Source of the DNA: an uncultured virus (IMG/VR IMGVR_UViG_3300028048_000070)
Lineage: Duplodnaviria > Heunggongvirae > Uroviricota > Caudoviricetes
IMG/VR virus record: IMGVR_UViG_3300028048_000070
Span: 62,001-126,000 of that record
DNA length: 64,000 bases
Direction: 5' to 3' (one strand)
The notes beneath the pieces are model-generated. The model had not been told where the DNA came from. It made no database searches and saw only the letters and a program-made list of their open reading frames with translations. A program made the translations under genes and the position numbers. Shown piece after piece: positions 10,807 through 20,999 of this stretch (its first letter is position 1; every line of letters starts with the position of its first letter).

Positions 10807-12183
10807 ATGTCTATAACTATTGAAAATAATTCTAATAAATATTTTAATGAATCTATTATAGATGATGTCAAAACTTATGCTGGTAATTTAAAAGATTTAT
10901 TTGATCAATATCAAAAAATTGCTGGTACTTTTGTTACTCATAAATGGATACAAAGATATATTAATGCTGCTACTAAAGAACAAATTTCTAAACATTATGA
11001 TGTAATTTGCGATGAAAAAACTACTTATTCTGTATATAAAAGATCTTTTGAATTTATTAGAAAATTCATGGGAATCTCTGGTAATGTTATTATAGAAAAT
11101 ATTGTATTTTCTAATGATAAAAAAGATAAAGATCTTTTTAAAGTTGCTATAAAATATTCTAAAGGTTTAGCAAAAATTAAGATTCCTAAAGGAGTTAGAT
11201 TAATTCATGTATCTCCAGTAGCTGGAATTACAGAATTAATACCTTCTTTTAGGTCTAAAGTTAAAGGTAAATATCTCTATCCTGCTAAGAGATGTTTCTT
11301 TACTATTATGAAAGATATTAAAGTTAATCAAGCAGGATTAGAAAATAAGAAATTATATAGATATTGTACTGTAGATGATATTAGTGAAGCTTATATAGAT
11401 CCAACTTATAATGATTTTGGATCTAGAGCTATTTATCTTGAAACTGATAAACCTATTAGAGTTATGCCTTTTGAAAAGAAGATGTTTAATCTCTTTAGTA
11501 AAAATGAATCTGCAGTAGAATATTTATATGATGGAAAATATTTTAGAGAAAATGAAGCTCTTAAAGAGTTCTTTTTAGATAATAAAGAAACTAAAGAGAT
11601 TATTAAAACACTTATTCCTAGAGAATCTGTAAGTCAATCTAAGAATAGTTTTTCTAGTTCTTTAGATGAAGATGAATATAAAGAAATTAAAGAGATATTT
11701 AATGTACTTCATAATGCAGAAGAATATAAAGATTATAAGAAAGCATTTGAAAAGTTATGTAAATTTTGTCATATAGCTCCTAATGGAACTATTATTACTA
11801 AGCATACCATTACTGGTAATGATAAAGATGGATATAAATTAGATATTGAATATTCATATAATAATAAAAAAGTTACATTACCAGATAATGTAGCATTATA
11901 TCATATGAGTAAAGTAGATAATATAAGTACACTAGAACCACAATTTAGAGGAAAGTCTGAAAAAGGATATTTATATTATAAACCAAGAATATATTTTACT
12001 ATTAAAAAAGATATGCCAAAAATTAGTGCTGATATAAATCCGCTTAGTAATAATAAAACTCATACTTATATTTGTATGAAAAATATAAAAGATGTATATG
12101 TTGATCCATTATTAAATGCATCATTAAATGGTGCTGTATATATTGAAACATATGCTAAAATTCCTGTAAAGAAAATAAGTTGA
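10807..12183 (+). CDS. Two-repeat protein with ADP-ribosyltransferase-like motifs
   Basis: Duplicated domain: LIHVSPVAGITELIPSFR...YLYPAKRCFFT and LYHMSKVDNISTLEPQFR...YLYYKPRIYFT. Confidence 0.5.
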   Translation: MSITIENNSNKYFNESIIDDVKTYAGNLKDLFDQYQKIAGTFVTHKWIQRYINAATKEQISKHYDVICDEKTTYSVYKRSFEFIRKFMGISGNVIIENIVFSNDKKDKDLFKVAIKYSKGLAKIKIPKGVRLIHVSPVAGITELIPSFRSKVKGKYLYPAKRCFFTIMKDIKVNQAGLENKKLYRYCTVDDISEAYIDPTYNDFGSRAIYLETDKPIRVMPFEKKMFNLFSKNESAVEYLYDGKYFRENEALKEFFLDNKETKEIIKTLIPRESVSQSKNSFSSSLDEDEYKEIKEIFNVLHNAEEYKDYKKAFEKLCKFCHIAPNGTIITKHTITGNDKDGYKLDIEYSYNNKKVTLPDNVALYHMSKVDNISTLEPQFRGKSEKGYLYYKPRIYFTIKKDMPKISADINPLSNNKTHTYICMKNIKDVYVDPLLNASLNGAVYIETYAKIPVKKIS

Positions 12184-12192
12184 GGTATTAAT

Positions 12193-13014
12193 ATGGCAAT
12201 TTTTAATGAAAACTATATTAAAGAATATAATGAAAGAAAAATAGATAATAATAAACAGAATTTAAATGAATCATTATTAACTATAGGACTTTTTATTATT
12301 CTTTCTCCATTTATTTTATTAATAGCTTCTATTATGATACTTAGTAAAATTGCTGATAATGCTCAGGCAGAAAGAACGAAAAAAGTAGAGGAAAATTTTA
12401 ATAAATTAATGAAAAAATATCCTCAATTAAAGCAAGCTATTAATAGTATTTTTATCAAAAGTCAAGATTTTCTTATTAAAAAAATTAAATTAAAATATAA
12501 TATTTTAGAAAAATATCCATTTGAGTTTGATAAATGGAGTTTTGATTATGATAAAAATGGTAATGATACAAAATTTAAAGAATCAATTTTATATACAAAT
12601 CCAGAAAAATATATAAAATCTACAGCTCTTTCTAAATATTTATATACCGATAAATCTGGAAAATACATTGGTAATTTTATAATTGATAATATGAATAATG
12701 ATGAAGATTTATCTACGAATAAAGAAAAATATAATGAATTATATAAACTTTATGAAGATATTTGTGATAACATTTATGATGATTCAGTTGAAATTGATAA
12801 ATACATAGAAGCTTGTAATAATGATCTTAATAAAAATCCTAATGGAAATATGGTTAAATTAGAAATGGTTGTAGATGAACCAAGTTCAGATTCTGATTTT
12901 CCTATATGTTTTATCTATATTAAAATTAATGTAAATGATATTAAAATGACAGATGAAGTGAAAGCTAAAGTAGAAGAACTTAAAGCTAAATCTGGTAAAT
13001 ATCTCAGGAGGTGA
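12193..13014 (+). CDS. Putative virion protein with a transmembrane segment
   Basis: MAIFNENY...LNES followed by a hydrophobic helix. Confidence 0.6.
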   Translation: MAIFNENYIKEYNERKIDNNKQNLNESLLTIGLFIILSPFILLIASIMILSKIADNAQAERTKKVEENFNKLMKKYPQLKQAINSIFIKSQDFLIKKIKLKYNILEKYPFEFDKWSFDYDKNGNDTKFKESILYTNPEKYIKSTALSKYLYTDKSGKYIGNFIIDNMNNDEDLSTNKEKYNELYKLYEDICDNIYDDSVEIDKYIEACNNDLNKNPNGNMVKLEMVVDEPSSDSDFPICFIYIKINVNDIKMTDEVKAKVEELKAKSGKYLRR

Positions 13015-13073
13015 TCCTTAATCTTCTTTTGTTAAAATTATAGAGGAAGACTTTGTCTTCCTCTTTTCTTTTC

Positions 13074-13085
13074 AACATTTTTATA
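13074..13085 (+). promoter_or_regulatory. Putative late promoter AACA-N6-TA
   Basis: AACA ttttta TA immediately after a terminator hairpin (13042-13064); matches the AR9 late promoter consensus. Confidence 0.5.
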
Positions 13086-13111
13086 ATTTGCAAAGGAAAG
13101 GATTATAAATA

Positions 13112-13648
13112 ATGAGTGACTTGATTAAATTATTTACAGAATATTCTCTAGGGTCAATCATTGTTTTTCTTATGCTTATTCTTTCTTCTGTTTTTGGTGT
13201 TTATAATATTTTTACAAAAGCAACCTCTATTTTGGAAACTTATAGAATTAAAAGAAATTCAGTCGAAAATAGAGATAAAGAAATTAATAATGCCATCAAG
13301 CAGGTAGAAGACCTTATTACTGCTCAAAATGAGCGTATTGATAAGATAGAAAATAGAATAGATGAACTAGAGAAATCAATTAAAACTATTAATGAAAACC
13401 TTAATAAATTTAACAAAGCAACTTCTAGAAATGCTGTATATAAACTTGCTAATGAACTTATTGCTAAACAATGGATGAGTCAATCTGATTATGAATCCTT
13501 ACAAGAACTGTCTGATATTTATATGAAGTCTGGTGACTCTCACTATGTCATTCCTAATATTATTCAAAGAGCTCTTAATCTTCCAGTATTAACAGATGAA
13601 GAAATAGAGGCTAAAATGTCTAGACATAGAGCTGATTTTAAGTTATAA
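13112..13648 (+). CDS. Membrane protein with coiled coil (holin or lysis-module-like)
   Basis: N-terminal TM helix, heptad coiled coil and a YESLQELSDIYMKSG C-terminal motif like Firmicute phage lysis-adjacent proteins. Confidence 0.5.
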   Translation: MSDLIKLFTEYSLGSIIVFLMLILSSVFGVYNIFTKATSILETYRIKRNSVENRDKEINNAIKQVEDLITAQNERIDKIENRIDELEKSIKTINENLNKFNKATSRNAVYKLANELIAKQWMSQSDYESLQELSDIYMKSGDSHYVIPNIIQRALNLPVLTDEEIEAKMSRHRADFKL

Positions 13649-13672
13649 TCAAAAAAGAAAAGAGTTGATTTT

Positions 13673-14062
13673 ATGAAAATAGTTCTTATTCATTGTAATT
13701 TAATTAAACCTACTAATATAAAATCAGTACTCTCTAATTTTGGTCAAGTTACAGAATACTGTAACTGTATCAATGCAATGAATGAAATTGTTAATTTTAA
13801 CATTAAAGATGTAGATATTGTATTTATTGATATGATGATGCCTGGATTTTCTGGCATAGATATTTCTAAAAAAATTAGAGAATTTGAAGAAACTAAAGAA
13901 CTTAATAAATCTTATATAGTATTAATGGTTCCTCATAATTTTAAGATAAAAAATCCAGAATCTATATATTCAGTAGATAAAATTATGGAGAAACCTATTA
14001 CTATAGAAGATGTAGAAAATTATTTAAAAGAAATTAATCTTATACAAGAGAAGAGAGACTAA
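13673..14062 (+). CDS. Stand-alone response-regulator receiver (CheY-like) domain
   Basis: DIVFIDMMMPGFSGIDISKKIR (phospho-acceptor Asp) and KIMEKPI (conserved Lys-Pro). Confidence 0.85.
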   Translation: MKIVLIHCNLIKPTNIKSVLSNFGQVTEYCNCINAMNEIVNFNIKDVDIVFIDMMMPGFSGIDISKKIREFEETKELNKSYIVLMVPHNFKIKNPESIYSVDKIMEKPITIEDVENYLKEINLIQEKRD

Positions 14063-14126
14063 CTCTCTTCTCTTATTTTATTTTTTATATTATTTTTAAC
14101 AGATAACTAAAATCTTTTACTAATAG

Positions 14127-14141
14127 ATATTATAATATTGA
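14127..14141 (+). promoter_or_regulatory. Putative early promoter motif ATATTATAATATTGA
   Basis: Identical 15-mer at 24646(+) and 36086(-). Confidence 0.55.
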
Positions 14142-14156
14142 AAGGTATTTAATAAA

Positions 14157-14867
14157 ATGACTGTACAAGATTTATTTAATAACGAATCAGTTTGTATTTT
14201 TACAGATTCTAGTTTTAAAAATATGTCAAAAGATAAAAATATCGCTATAGGAGTTACAGCTCCTGCTATATGTATTTATATTGGTACAAAATTAGTTTAT
14301 CAAGATTTTTATATTTTACATAATTCTACGACTCAACAAGGAGAATTATATGCTATTCTATTAGGAATTATGAAATCTTATTTTTACAGAAATTTTAAAC
14401 ATATTAGATTATTCTCAGATTCACAGGTGTCAATATTTGGAATTAGAGATAGAATATTTAAATGGGTTAGACAAACTAATGAAGGGAAAAATATTCTAGG
14501 AGATAATGGATTTATTAAAAATCAAGATTATATTATGGATATAGTATATTATATTTTATCTAATGATACGCCCATTGAACTCTATCATGTAAAAGGACAT
14601 GTTAAAAAATCTTATGAAGATGCAATATATGCTAGAAAAGTTTTTAAATCATCTAATAATATAAATGAATATGTAGATGATGCACTTATTTACATGATAT
14701 CAAATTATAATAATTTTGTAGATAAATATTCTACAGATATGCTTTATAAAAATATAACTAATCCAATATATTTTACTGATAATTTGAAACTAGTATTATC
14801 TATAGGATATGCAAATTTTAATACTGACCAGTATTATAAACTTGTAAAAGGAGATAATTGTGAGTAA
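14157..14867 (+). CDS. Ribonuclease HI-like protein
   Basis: IFTDSS, QQGELYAI, LFSDSQ, HVKGH and NNFVDK give the RNase HI D-E-D-H-D catalytic set. Confidence 0.85.
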   Translation: MTVQDLFNNESVCIFTDSSFKNMSKDKNIAIGVTAPAICIYIGTKLVYQDFYILHNSTTQQGELYAILLGIMKSYFYRNFKHIRLFSDSQVSIFGIRDRIFKWVRQTNEGKNILGDNGFIKNQDYIMDIVYYILSNDTPIELYHVKGHVKKSYEDAIYARKVFKSSNNINEYVDDALIYMISNYNNFVDKYSTDMLYKNITNPIYFTDNLKLVLSIGYANFNTDQYYKLVKGDNCE

Positions 14868-15309
14868 TAAAATTTATAAATTAAAACTAATAAATTATAA
14901 TTTAATTTATAATATAGATATGCCTACTAAAATAACAGATTATGATTATGATGATACAATTCCTGAAAGAAGATTTATAACAACATTATTACATAATTTA
15001 TCATTTTATGATAATATAACTGGAGTTAAAGTATTGAATTTAAAATTTTCTACTGATACTTGTTATAAATTAAAATATGGTTTATTACAATTATTGCAAA
15101 ATGAAAAACAAACAAATAATAAAATATTACTATTAACAATAAAAGATGTTTATTCAAATGATATGATGACTCCAAGTATTATATCTTTATTTAAATTACC
15201 TAATAATTTCATTCAAATATCTGTATTAAATAATATAGATAATAATACTATTACATTTTCAGAATATGAAGTGCATAAATTAATAAATTTATTAAGTTAT
15301 GAAATTTGA
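14860..15309 (+). CDS. Hypothetical protein
   Basis: GTG start overlapping the upstream gene end, GGAG RBS. Confidence 0.65.
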   Translation: MSNKIYKLKLINYNLIYNIDMPTKITDYDYDDTIPERRFITTLLHNLSFYDNITGVKVLNLKFSTDTCYKLKYGLLQLLQNEKQTNNKILLLTIKDVYSNDMMTPSIISLFKLPNNFIQISVLNNIDNNTITFSEYEVHKLINLLSYEI

Positions 15310-15354
15310 AGCTACTTTATAAATAATAAGTTTTTAAGAAAGGAATTTATAATT

Positions 15355-15627
15355 ATGGATGTAAAAATAGTTGTTGAGTTTGCTGTAGCAGCATTAATTG
15401 CTATAGGTATACTTGTTGGTATTCTTATTGCTATTCAAGCTGATATGAGTAGAACTTTGTATAATGTATTAGATGAAAATATTAATATACGAAAAATTAT
15501 GGCTAAACAATATATTGCTTTTAAAATTATTTTTAAGAATCATTATAATCTTGATATGGATGAATATGAAGGACTTTATGAATCTATTCTTGATGCTAAT
15601 TATAAAGGAAATGAAAATAAAAAATGA
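15355..15627 (+). CDS. Small membrane protein
   Basis: N-terminal TM helix; AAGGA RBS. Confidence 0.7.
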   Translation: MDVKIVVEFAVAALIAIGILVGILIAIQADMSRTLYNVLDENINIRKIMAKQYIAFKIIFKNHYNLDMDEYEGLYESILDANYKGNENKK

Positions 15628-15839
15628 ATCCTATACTACTTATACTTAGTATGATTATATCGCTTATAATTAGTATAATATATACTTTAATTATTTATGG
15701 AATTATACTACAAATATATATTTTTAAAAATAAAAAATATCCAACTACTATTACTGATTTTTTAAAAATACATACAATAGCAGTTAGTATTATAATTTGT
15801 ACAATAATTATAATTTGTATATTAAAAAATCTTAAATAA
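15624..15839 (+). CDS. Small two-TM membrane protein
   Basis: ATGA overlap with the upstream gene; two hydrophobic helices. Confidence 0.6.
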   Translation: MNPILLILSMIISLIISIIYTLIIYGIILQIYIFKNKKYPTTITDFLKIHTIAVSIIICTIIIICILKNLK

Positions 15840-15863
15840 ATAACAAAAAAGGAGAAAATAAAA

Positions 15864-16742
15864 ATGGATAACAAAATCAGACCTATTCACATTCAGAATT
15901 GTAACTGTGAAGATTGTAAATCTAAAGCAGTAACTGCACCCAATACTGATGTAATTAATAACAATGTAATTAAGCTTCCTAATATTGCTATTAGATATGA
16001 TGATTTTAATCTTTATACACCTAATGGAGTTGTAAATATTCCTAATAATATTTACAATGTATTTGCAACTATTGGAATTAAAACTTCTGATCTTATTCTT
16101 CAGGATGTTAATTCTGATACTTTGAGATTTGATCTTAATACACTTAGCATGATTGTATCTACTACTATGTGTATGTGTATTGATAACTTTATGCTTACTT
16201 TAGATAATCTGTATTCTGTCAAGATTAATGAGCTTAATAATAAATTTAAACCTTTTATCAAAAGGATTATGGATGGTAGCGACTATTCAAAAGAAAATAC
16301 TGTAGATTCTCGTTTTATCAGTTATTTTTCTTTTAGTGCTGGATATCATTTTATTGATAGAGAATCATTAGCAAGAGCTATTGTTGCTTATATTTCTACT
16401 AATCCTAAAACTAAAGTAGATATGTATGATAATGTAATGAGTTTTGCTGTTTCTTATGTAAATTCTTGTGGAGTTAAGATTTATAATAATCTTAGAAATG
16501 AACTTACTACTTTATGTGAAAGTGAAGAAGTTACAAGAAATGGAAACGGTATTGTATTAGAAATGTTTAGTTTCCTTGAAGATGAGTTTAGCTCTATGAT
16601 GCTTGGATTTACATATGAGGCTAGCACTTTCTCTAATAATATTATTGAAAACTTTGATATTCTTTATAATCCTGCTGAGTTTCTGTCTAAAAAATTAGGA
16701 GTTTCTATTCCTAATTTTGACTATCCAACTAAGCTTAGCTAA
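15864..16742 (+). CDS. Hypothetical protein
   Basis: AAGGAG RBS; N-terminal CNCEDC. Confidence 0.8.
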   Translation: MDNKIRPIHIQNCNCEDCKSKAVTAPNTDVINNNVIKLPNIAIRYDDFNLYTPNGVVNIPNNIYNVFATIGIKTSDLILQDVNSDTLRFDLNTLSMIVSTTMCMCIDNFMLTLDNLYSVKINELNNKFKPFIKRIMDGSDYSKENTVDSRFISYFSFSAGYHFIDRESLARAIVAYISTNPKTKVDMYDNVMSFAVSYVNSCGVKIYNNLRNELTTLCESEEVTRNGNGIVLEMFSFLEDEFSSMMLGFTYEASTFSNNIIENFDILYNPAEFLSKKLGVSIPNFDYPTKLS

Positions 16743-16865
16743 AATTAGAATCAGATAAATATTATAAATATGATTAAATAGAATCTGGAATTAAAAATTA
16801 TAAATCTTATAACTTTTAAAAAAGGAGAAAAATTATATTTATAATATTAAAGGAGAAAATAAAAT

Positions 16866-18737
16866 ATGTTAGCACCTATTAATTATGAAAATACACAGCC
16901 TATATATAATAATGGCTATGAATCTAATAATACTAATGGTGGATATCCTAATGGATATCCACCACAAATTACAACTTTTGGATATAATATGTATCAACAG
17001 TATCAACAGCCTGTTATGCAGCAACCTATGATGTATAATACTATTCCTAATACTATGAATAGTATGTATTCTCCGCCTATGCCTACACCACAGCAGCAAT
17101 TAGAGATGCAGCAAAATGGTGGATATTTTGATAATGAAACTTATCAGTTTATTACAAATGATAAGCCCTTAAAAGCTGGTCCAGATAATCCTTTAGAGCC
17201 TTACAGCAAGGGGATATATTCTCCTTATGTACCTGGACAGAAAACTGGTTATATTGAATTAGAAAAAGGAGATGGTACTATAGATAGACTTGATATGAAT
17301 TCTGGTGCTATTCTCAAAAAAGGTGGTGGATATAATCCTGCTACAGGAGAAATATCTGTAGAAACTGTAAAAAGTCCATCTTTTGAATCTAGAAATAATA
17401 TTGGTATAAATACTAATACAATTAATCCTGGTCAGCCTAATAATGTAATTGGATATAGAGATCCTAAAGCTGAATATAATGCTAATACTGGAACTTATTC
17501 TTATCCTAATGGGCAGACTCCTTTCTATCCTCAGCCTACAATGATTCCTCAACAGCCTCTTCAGCAGTTTCCTATACACCAAGGATTTGGTAATAATTAT
17601 ATTGCCAATATGAATAATACTTCATTATATGGTGTACATGGATATGCTATGAATGAGTTTGATGATTATCTCAGAGATGTTCTCTATAGTGATGAACCTT
17701 ATAAGAATAGTCCTATAGATGTAAGTGAAATGCTTGAAGGGATTGTTCTTACTGATGAGGAAAGAGAAAAAATTAATCATAATAATAGAGCTGTAGTAAT
17801 AGGCAGAGATTATTATGGTAGACCTATATTTAATAATTATTATGCTGCAAATCAGCAGATGCAAGAAGCTGCAGAAGCTGCTAGAAATAATTATATAAAT
17901 CATTTTGCTAATATATCTAGAATTGTTCATGCTTATAATAATGAAAAATTTGATGAACAAGAAGTAAAAGAAAGATTTGATCCTTTAAGAGAATATAATA
18001 AAGCTAGAGAAGCTTTTGCTGCTAATCAGCCTAAACCTTTTAATATCTATAGTGCAACAGAAGAGGAGAAGAAAACATATTATGAAAATATAAGAATTAT
18101 GGAAACTAATAATCTTGCTATTCAAGTTGAAAACTTTGATCGTCAGATGTATCAATTTAATGTCTTCAGAAATATGATGAAGTGGAAGATCAAAGAATCT
18201 CATGATGCAGCATTAGGAGTAAAGCCTGGTGAATCTTATGATTTATCTACATATCTGACTAATGCTCATAATATTGTATCTAGTAATAAGGTACAAGAGA
18301 TGAGACAAATGAAACGAAATGGCAAATTAAAGTATAATTCTAAGAGTTATAAAAATGCTATAGATAGAAAAATTGGTAAAGTAAATTTTATTAATACTGA
18401 AACTGTTATACCAGAAAATAAAGATATGGAGGTATTAACTTTAGAAGAAGCTTTTAAATCTGCTTATGAACAAAATAGAGCTGGTATACCTTTTACACCA
18501 CCAGATCATCCTGAATCTCTTATGATAAATTTTAGCGAACTTAGACAAACTCCTCCAAGTAATAGGAGTATAGGTCCTGATGGAATAATGATAGAAGCAG
18601 GAAAGAATAAACAGTTAAATGTTTCTGCTTATAGTGATAATGATCTTGAAAAAAGATTAAAAGAGATGAGAGAAATTATACAAAAGAGATTCAATCAAAA
18701 TCCAAATCATATTCAAATGGAGTATAAACAAGCATGA
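16866..18737 (+). CDS. Hypothetical protein with Q/N/P/Y/G-rich low-complexity N-terminus
   Basis: First ~260 aa are dominated by N, Q, P, Y, G and M; helical C-terminal half. Confidence 0.8.
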   Translation: MLAPINYENTQPIYNNGYESNNTNGGYPNGYPPQITTFGYNMYQQYQQPVMQQPMMYNTIPNTMNSMYSPPMPTPQQQLEMQQNGGYFDNETYQFITNDKPLKAGPDNPLEPYSKGIYSPYVPGQKTGYIELEKGDGTIDRLDMNSGAILKKGGGYNPATGEISVETVKSPSFESRNNIGINTNTINPGQPNNVIGYRDPKAEYNANTGTYSYPNGQTPFYPQPTMIPQQPLQQFPIHQGFGNNYIANMNNTSLYGVHGYAMNEFDDYLRDVLYSDEPYKNSPIDVSEMLEGIVLTDEEREKINHNNRAVVIGRDYYGRPIFNNYYAANQQMQEAAEAARNNYINHFANISRIVHAYNNEKFDEQEVKERFDPLREYNKAREAFAANQPKPFNIYSATEEEKKTYYENIRIMETNNLAIQVENFDRQMYQFNVFRNMMKWKIKESHDAALGVKPGESYDLSTYLTNAHNIVSSNKVQEMRQMKRNGKLKYNSKSYKNAIDRKIGKVNFINTETVIPENKDMEVLTLEEAFKSAYEQNRAGIPFTPPDHPESLMINFSELRQTPPSNRSIGPDGIMIEAGKNKQLNVSAYSDNDLEKRLKEMREIIQKRFNQNPNHIQMEYKQA

Positions 18738-20920
18738 AAGAATCAGAAAGAGTGAATATTCTTGAAAGATTATTATTCACTGGTACTACTACTCCAATGG
18801 AATTTGAATGGGAACAATTAACTCCAGATGTTGATTTATATCAGCTTGTCACACAAGAAGATATTGATTATATACATGGAATAATTACTTCAGCAAGATA
18901 TTCTGGAAATTCCAGACTAAGGATCTCTAAAATAGATGAGATAATGAAATTTAGAAATTTTACTAAATTTGCTGGAGGAACCAATCGACTAGTTTATATA
19001 CATCCAATGGCACCAAATATGGTGTTTAAAGTAGCAGTAGATGCTGTAGGTATTAGAGATAATCCTTCAGAATATTATAATCAGAAATTATTAAAACCTT
19101 TTTGTACAAAGGTATTTCAATGTTCCCCATGTGGAACTATTGCTTCTTTTCAGAGAGTTGAAAAGATTACTAGTGAAGAAGAATTTTTAAGTGTATTGGA
19201 TGATTATATATTGCTAATGGAAGTATTAGTTGATGGTAAACATGTATTTGATGATATTGGAGCAAAGTATTTCATGAATTATGGTATATGGAAAGGAAAA
19301 GGATTAGTTATATTAGACTTTCCATATATGTATGAGATTGATGGTTCTAAGTTGACCTGTAAGAATATATTAGATGATGGAACTATCTGTAATGGAGAGA
19401 TAGATTATACTAAAACATTTGATGAAATACGATGCACAAAATGTGGTAGAATTTATAGAGCAGGAGATTTAGCAAAAACTCCAGAAAGTGGAGCTAGTAT
19501 AACAAGAAGGAAAGGAGAAGCAAGAATGAAATTTAGTCTTAAGAGAGGGGATAAGATTATCAAAACTATCGAAACTGGTAGTGAAGTAGATTATCTTACA
19601 AGAAAAGAACGTAATAAACCTAAGTATGTTAAGACTGAAGATAAATATAAAGTACGTCCTGCTAAACTTATTAAGGTTAAGAAAGTAACTACTCTTGAAC
19701 ATACAGAAAATCCTTTTAGTGTAGATGGAAGTACTATTATTATTAAAGCTAAAGGAAATACTACTAATCAGCAGCAGACTAATAATACTACTGAAAAAGA
19801 AGTAGTTAAATATGTAGGTATTGATCTTAGATATGAGACCCCTCCAAAATCTGATGATAAGCCTAGTGCTATTGATCCTAAGCTTATCAAAGTAAAGAGA
19901 AAGATTAAACCTAATGATTCTAACCAGTTTAAGAATAAAAAGGTTAGAAATGTAGGTAGCTATGTAGATAATAAAAAATCTACTGTAGTTAGAAATAAAC
20001 CTGATGTAGTAGTAAACAAGATTGTAGGAAATACTAATATTAATACTAGTTCTGCAAATGATATTAATACTAAAAAAGATGATACCATTAAACCTAGTGT
20101 AATTAAAGTAAAGAAAATCTCTATTCCTGAATCTGAAGTAAAGAAATTTAGTGCTAAATCTACTACTATAGTTGAACCTATTAAGGAAGAAGTAGTTATT
20201 ACTACAGATTCTGCATCAGAAACTACTAAAAAGCCTATTGAAGAAGAAGTAATTACTTCTACTGCTCCTGAAGAAGAGAAACAGGATATTATTAATTCTC
20301 TTACTGAGGAGGAATCTAAAAAGATTACTGATACTTATAATGCAGCAGTAGAAATAATTAAGTCAGTTTCTCCTATAGTAACTACAGAAGTTGAAGTATC
20401 TACTGAATCCACTAATCTTATTGAAGATAAAGTAGAAGAGGAAGAAACTAAAAAAGAAACTGAAGAAGTAGATCAAGAAATTACTTCTGAAGAAGATGAT
20501 GATAAAGAATATTATGAAGTAAGATTTGTTGGAGAATTTCCTAATGAATCTATTTATGAAGATTCTATAATTTATGCTATTTATACTGGAGGAAATGACT
20601 TCGAAAATCAAAATCATACTGAATATATTGAAAACCTTGCAATTATTGATAGATCTTTGTATGATCTTTATGGAACCTATGAAGGAAAATTATATAGTAT
20701 TGATATAGATGAAGAAGGAAATATTTCTTATCTCTATGACGATGAAGAATATTATGAAGATGAAGAAGAATCTTCTTCTGATTCTAATGAAGAATCTGGA
20801 AAAAGTAAATCTACCTCTGTAGATACTTCAAATATTCCTTATGAAGAAGATGATGATGCAGCTATTATAGATGCTCTTAAGAAATCAGTAAGCAAACCTT
20901 CTGTCATTGATGTATTATAA
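18734..20920 (+). CDS. Protein-kinase-like domain, Cys4 zinc finger, Lys-rich region and acidic tail
   Basis: FAGGTNRLVY (Gly loop), VFKVA (VAIK-like), DN.SEY, FDDIG...NYG (catalytic loop), LVILDF (DFG-like); then C..C..CTKC. Confidence 0.7.
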   Translation: MKESERVNILERLLFTGTTTPMEFEWEQLTPDVDLYQLVTQEDIDYIHGIITSARYSGNSRLRISKIDEIMKFRNFTKFAGGTNRLVYIHPMAPNMVFKVAVDAVGIRDNPSEYYNQKLLKPFCTKVFQCSPCGTIASFQRVEKITSEEEFLSVLDDYILLMEVLVDGKHVFDDIGAKYFMNYGIWKGKGLVILDFPYMYEIDGSKLTCKNILDDGTICNGEIDYTKTFDEIRCTKCGRIYRAGDLAKTPESGASITRRKGEARMKFSLKRGDKIIKTIETGSEVDYLTRKERNKPKYVKTEDKYKVRPAKLIKVKKVTTLEHTENPFSVDGSTIIIKAKGNTTNQQQTNNTTEKEVVKYVGIDLRYETPPKSDDKPSAIDPKLIKVKRKIKPNDSNQFKNKKVRNVGSYVDNKKSTVVRNKPDVVVNKIVGNTNINTSSANDINTKKDDTIKPSVIKVKKISIPESEVKKFSAKSTTIVEPIKEEVVITTDSASETTKKPIEEEVITSTAPEEEKQDIINSLTEEESKKITDTYNAAVEIIKSVSPIVTTEVEVSTESTNLIEDKVEEEETKKETEEVDQEITSEEDDDKEYYEVRFVGEFPNESIYEDSIIYAIYTGGNDFENQNHTEYIENLAIIDRSLYDLYGTYEGKLYSIDIDEEGNISYLYDDEEYYEDEEESSSDSNEESGKSKSTSVDTSNIPYEEDDDAAIIDALKKSVSKPSVIDVL

Positions 20921-20999
20921 TAGTGATAAATATTAAAAGGAGATATCTCGATAAACATGATTATTAATCACTATAGAATATTTAAGAGGGAAGAACATT

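Noticed and set aside
20920..20999. Hairpin (tagtgat...atcacta) enclosing an AAGGAG and an upstream ATG before gene 21000
   Set aside because: The stem is short and AT-rich and the SD-ATG spacing is long; not distinguishable from chance
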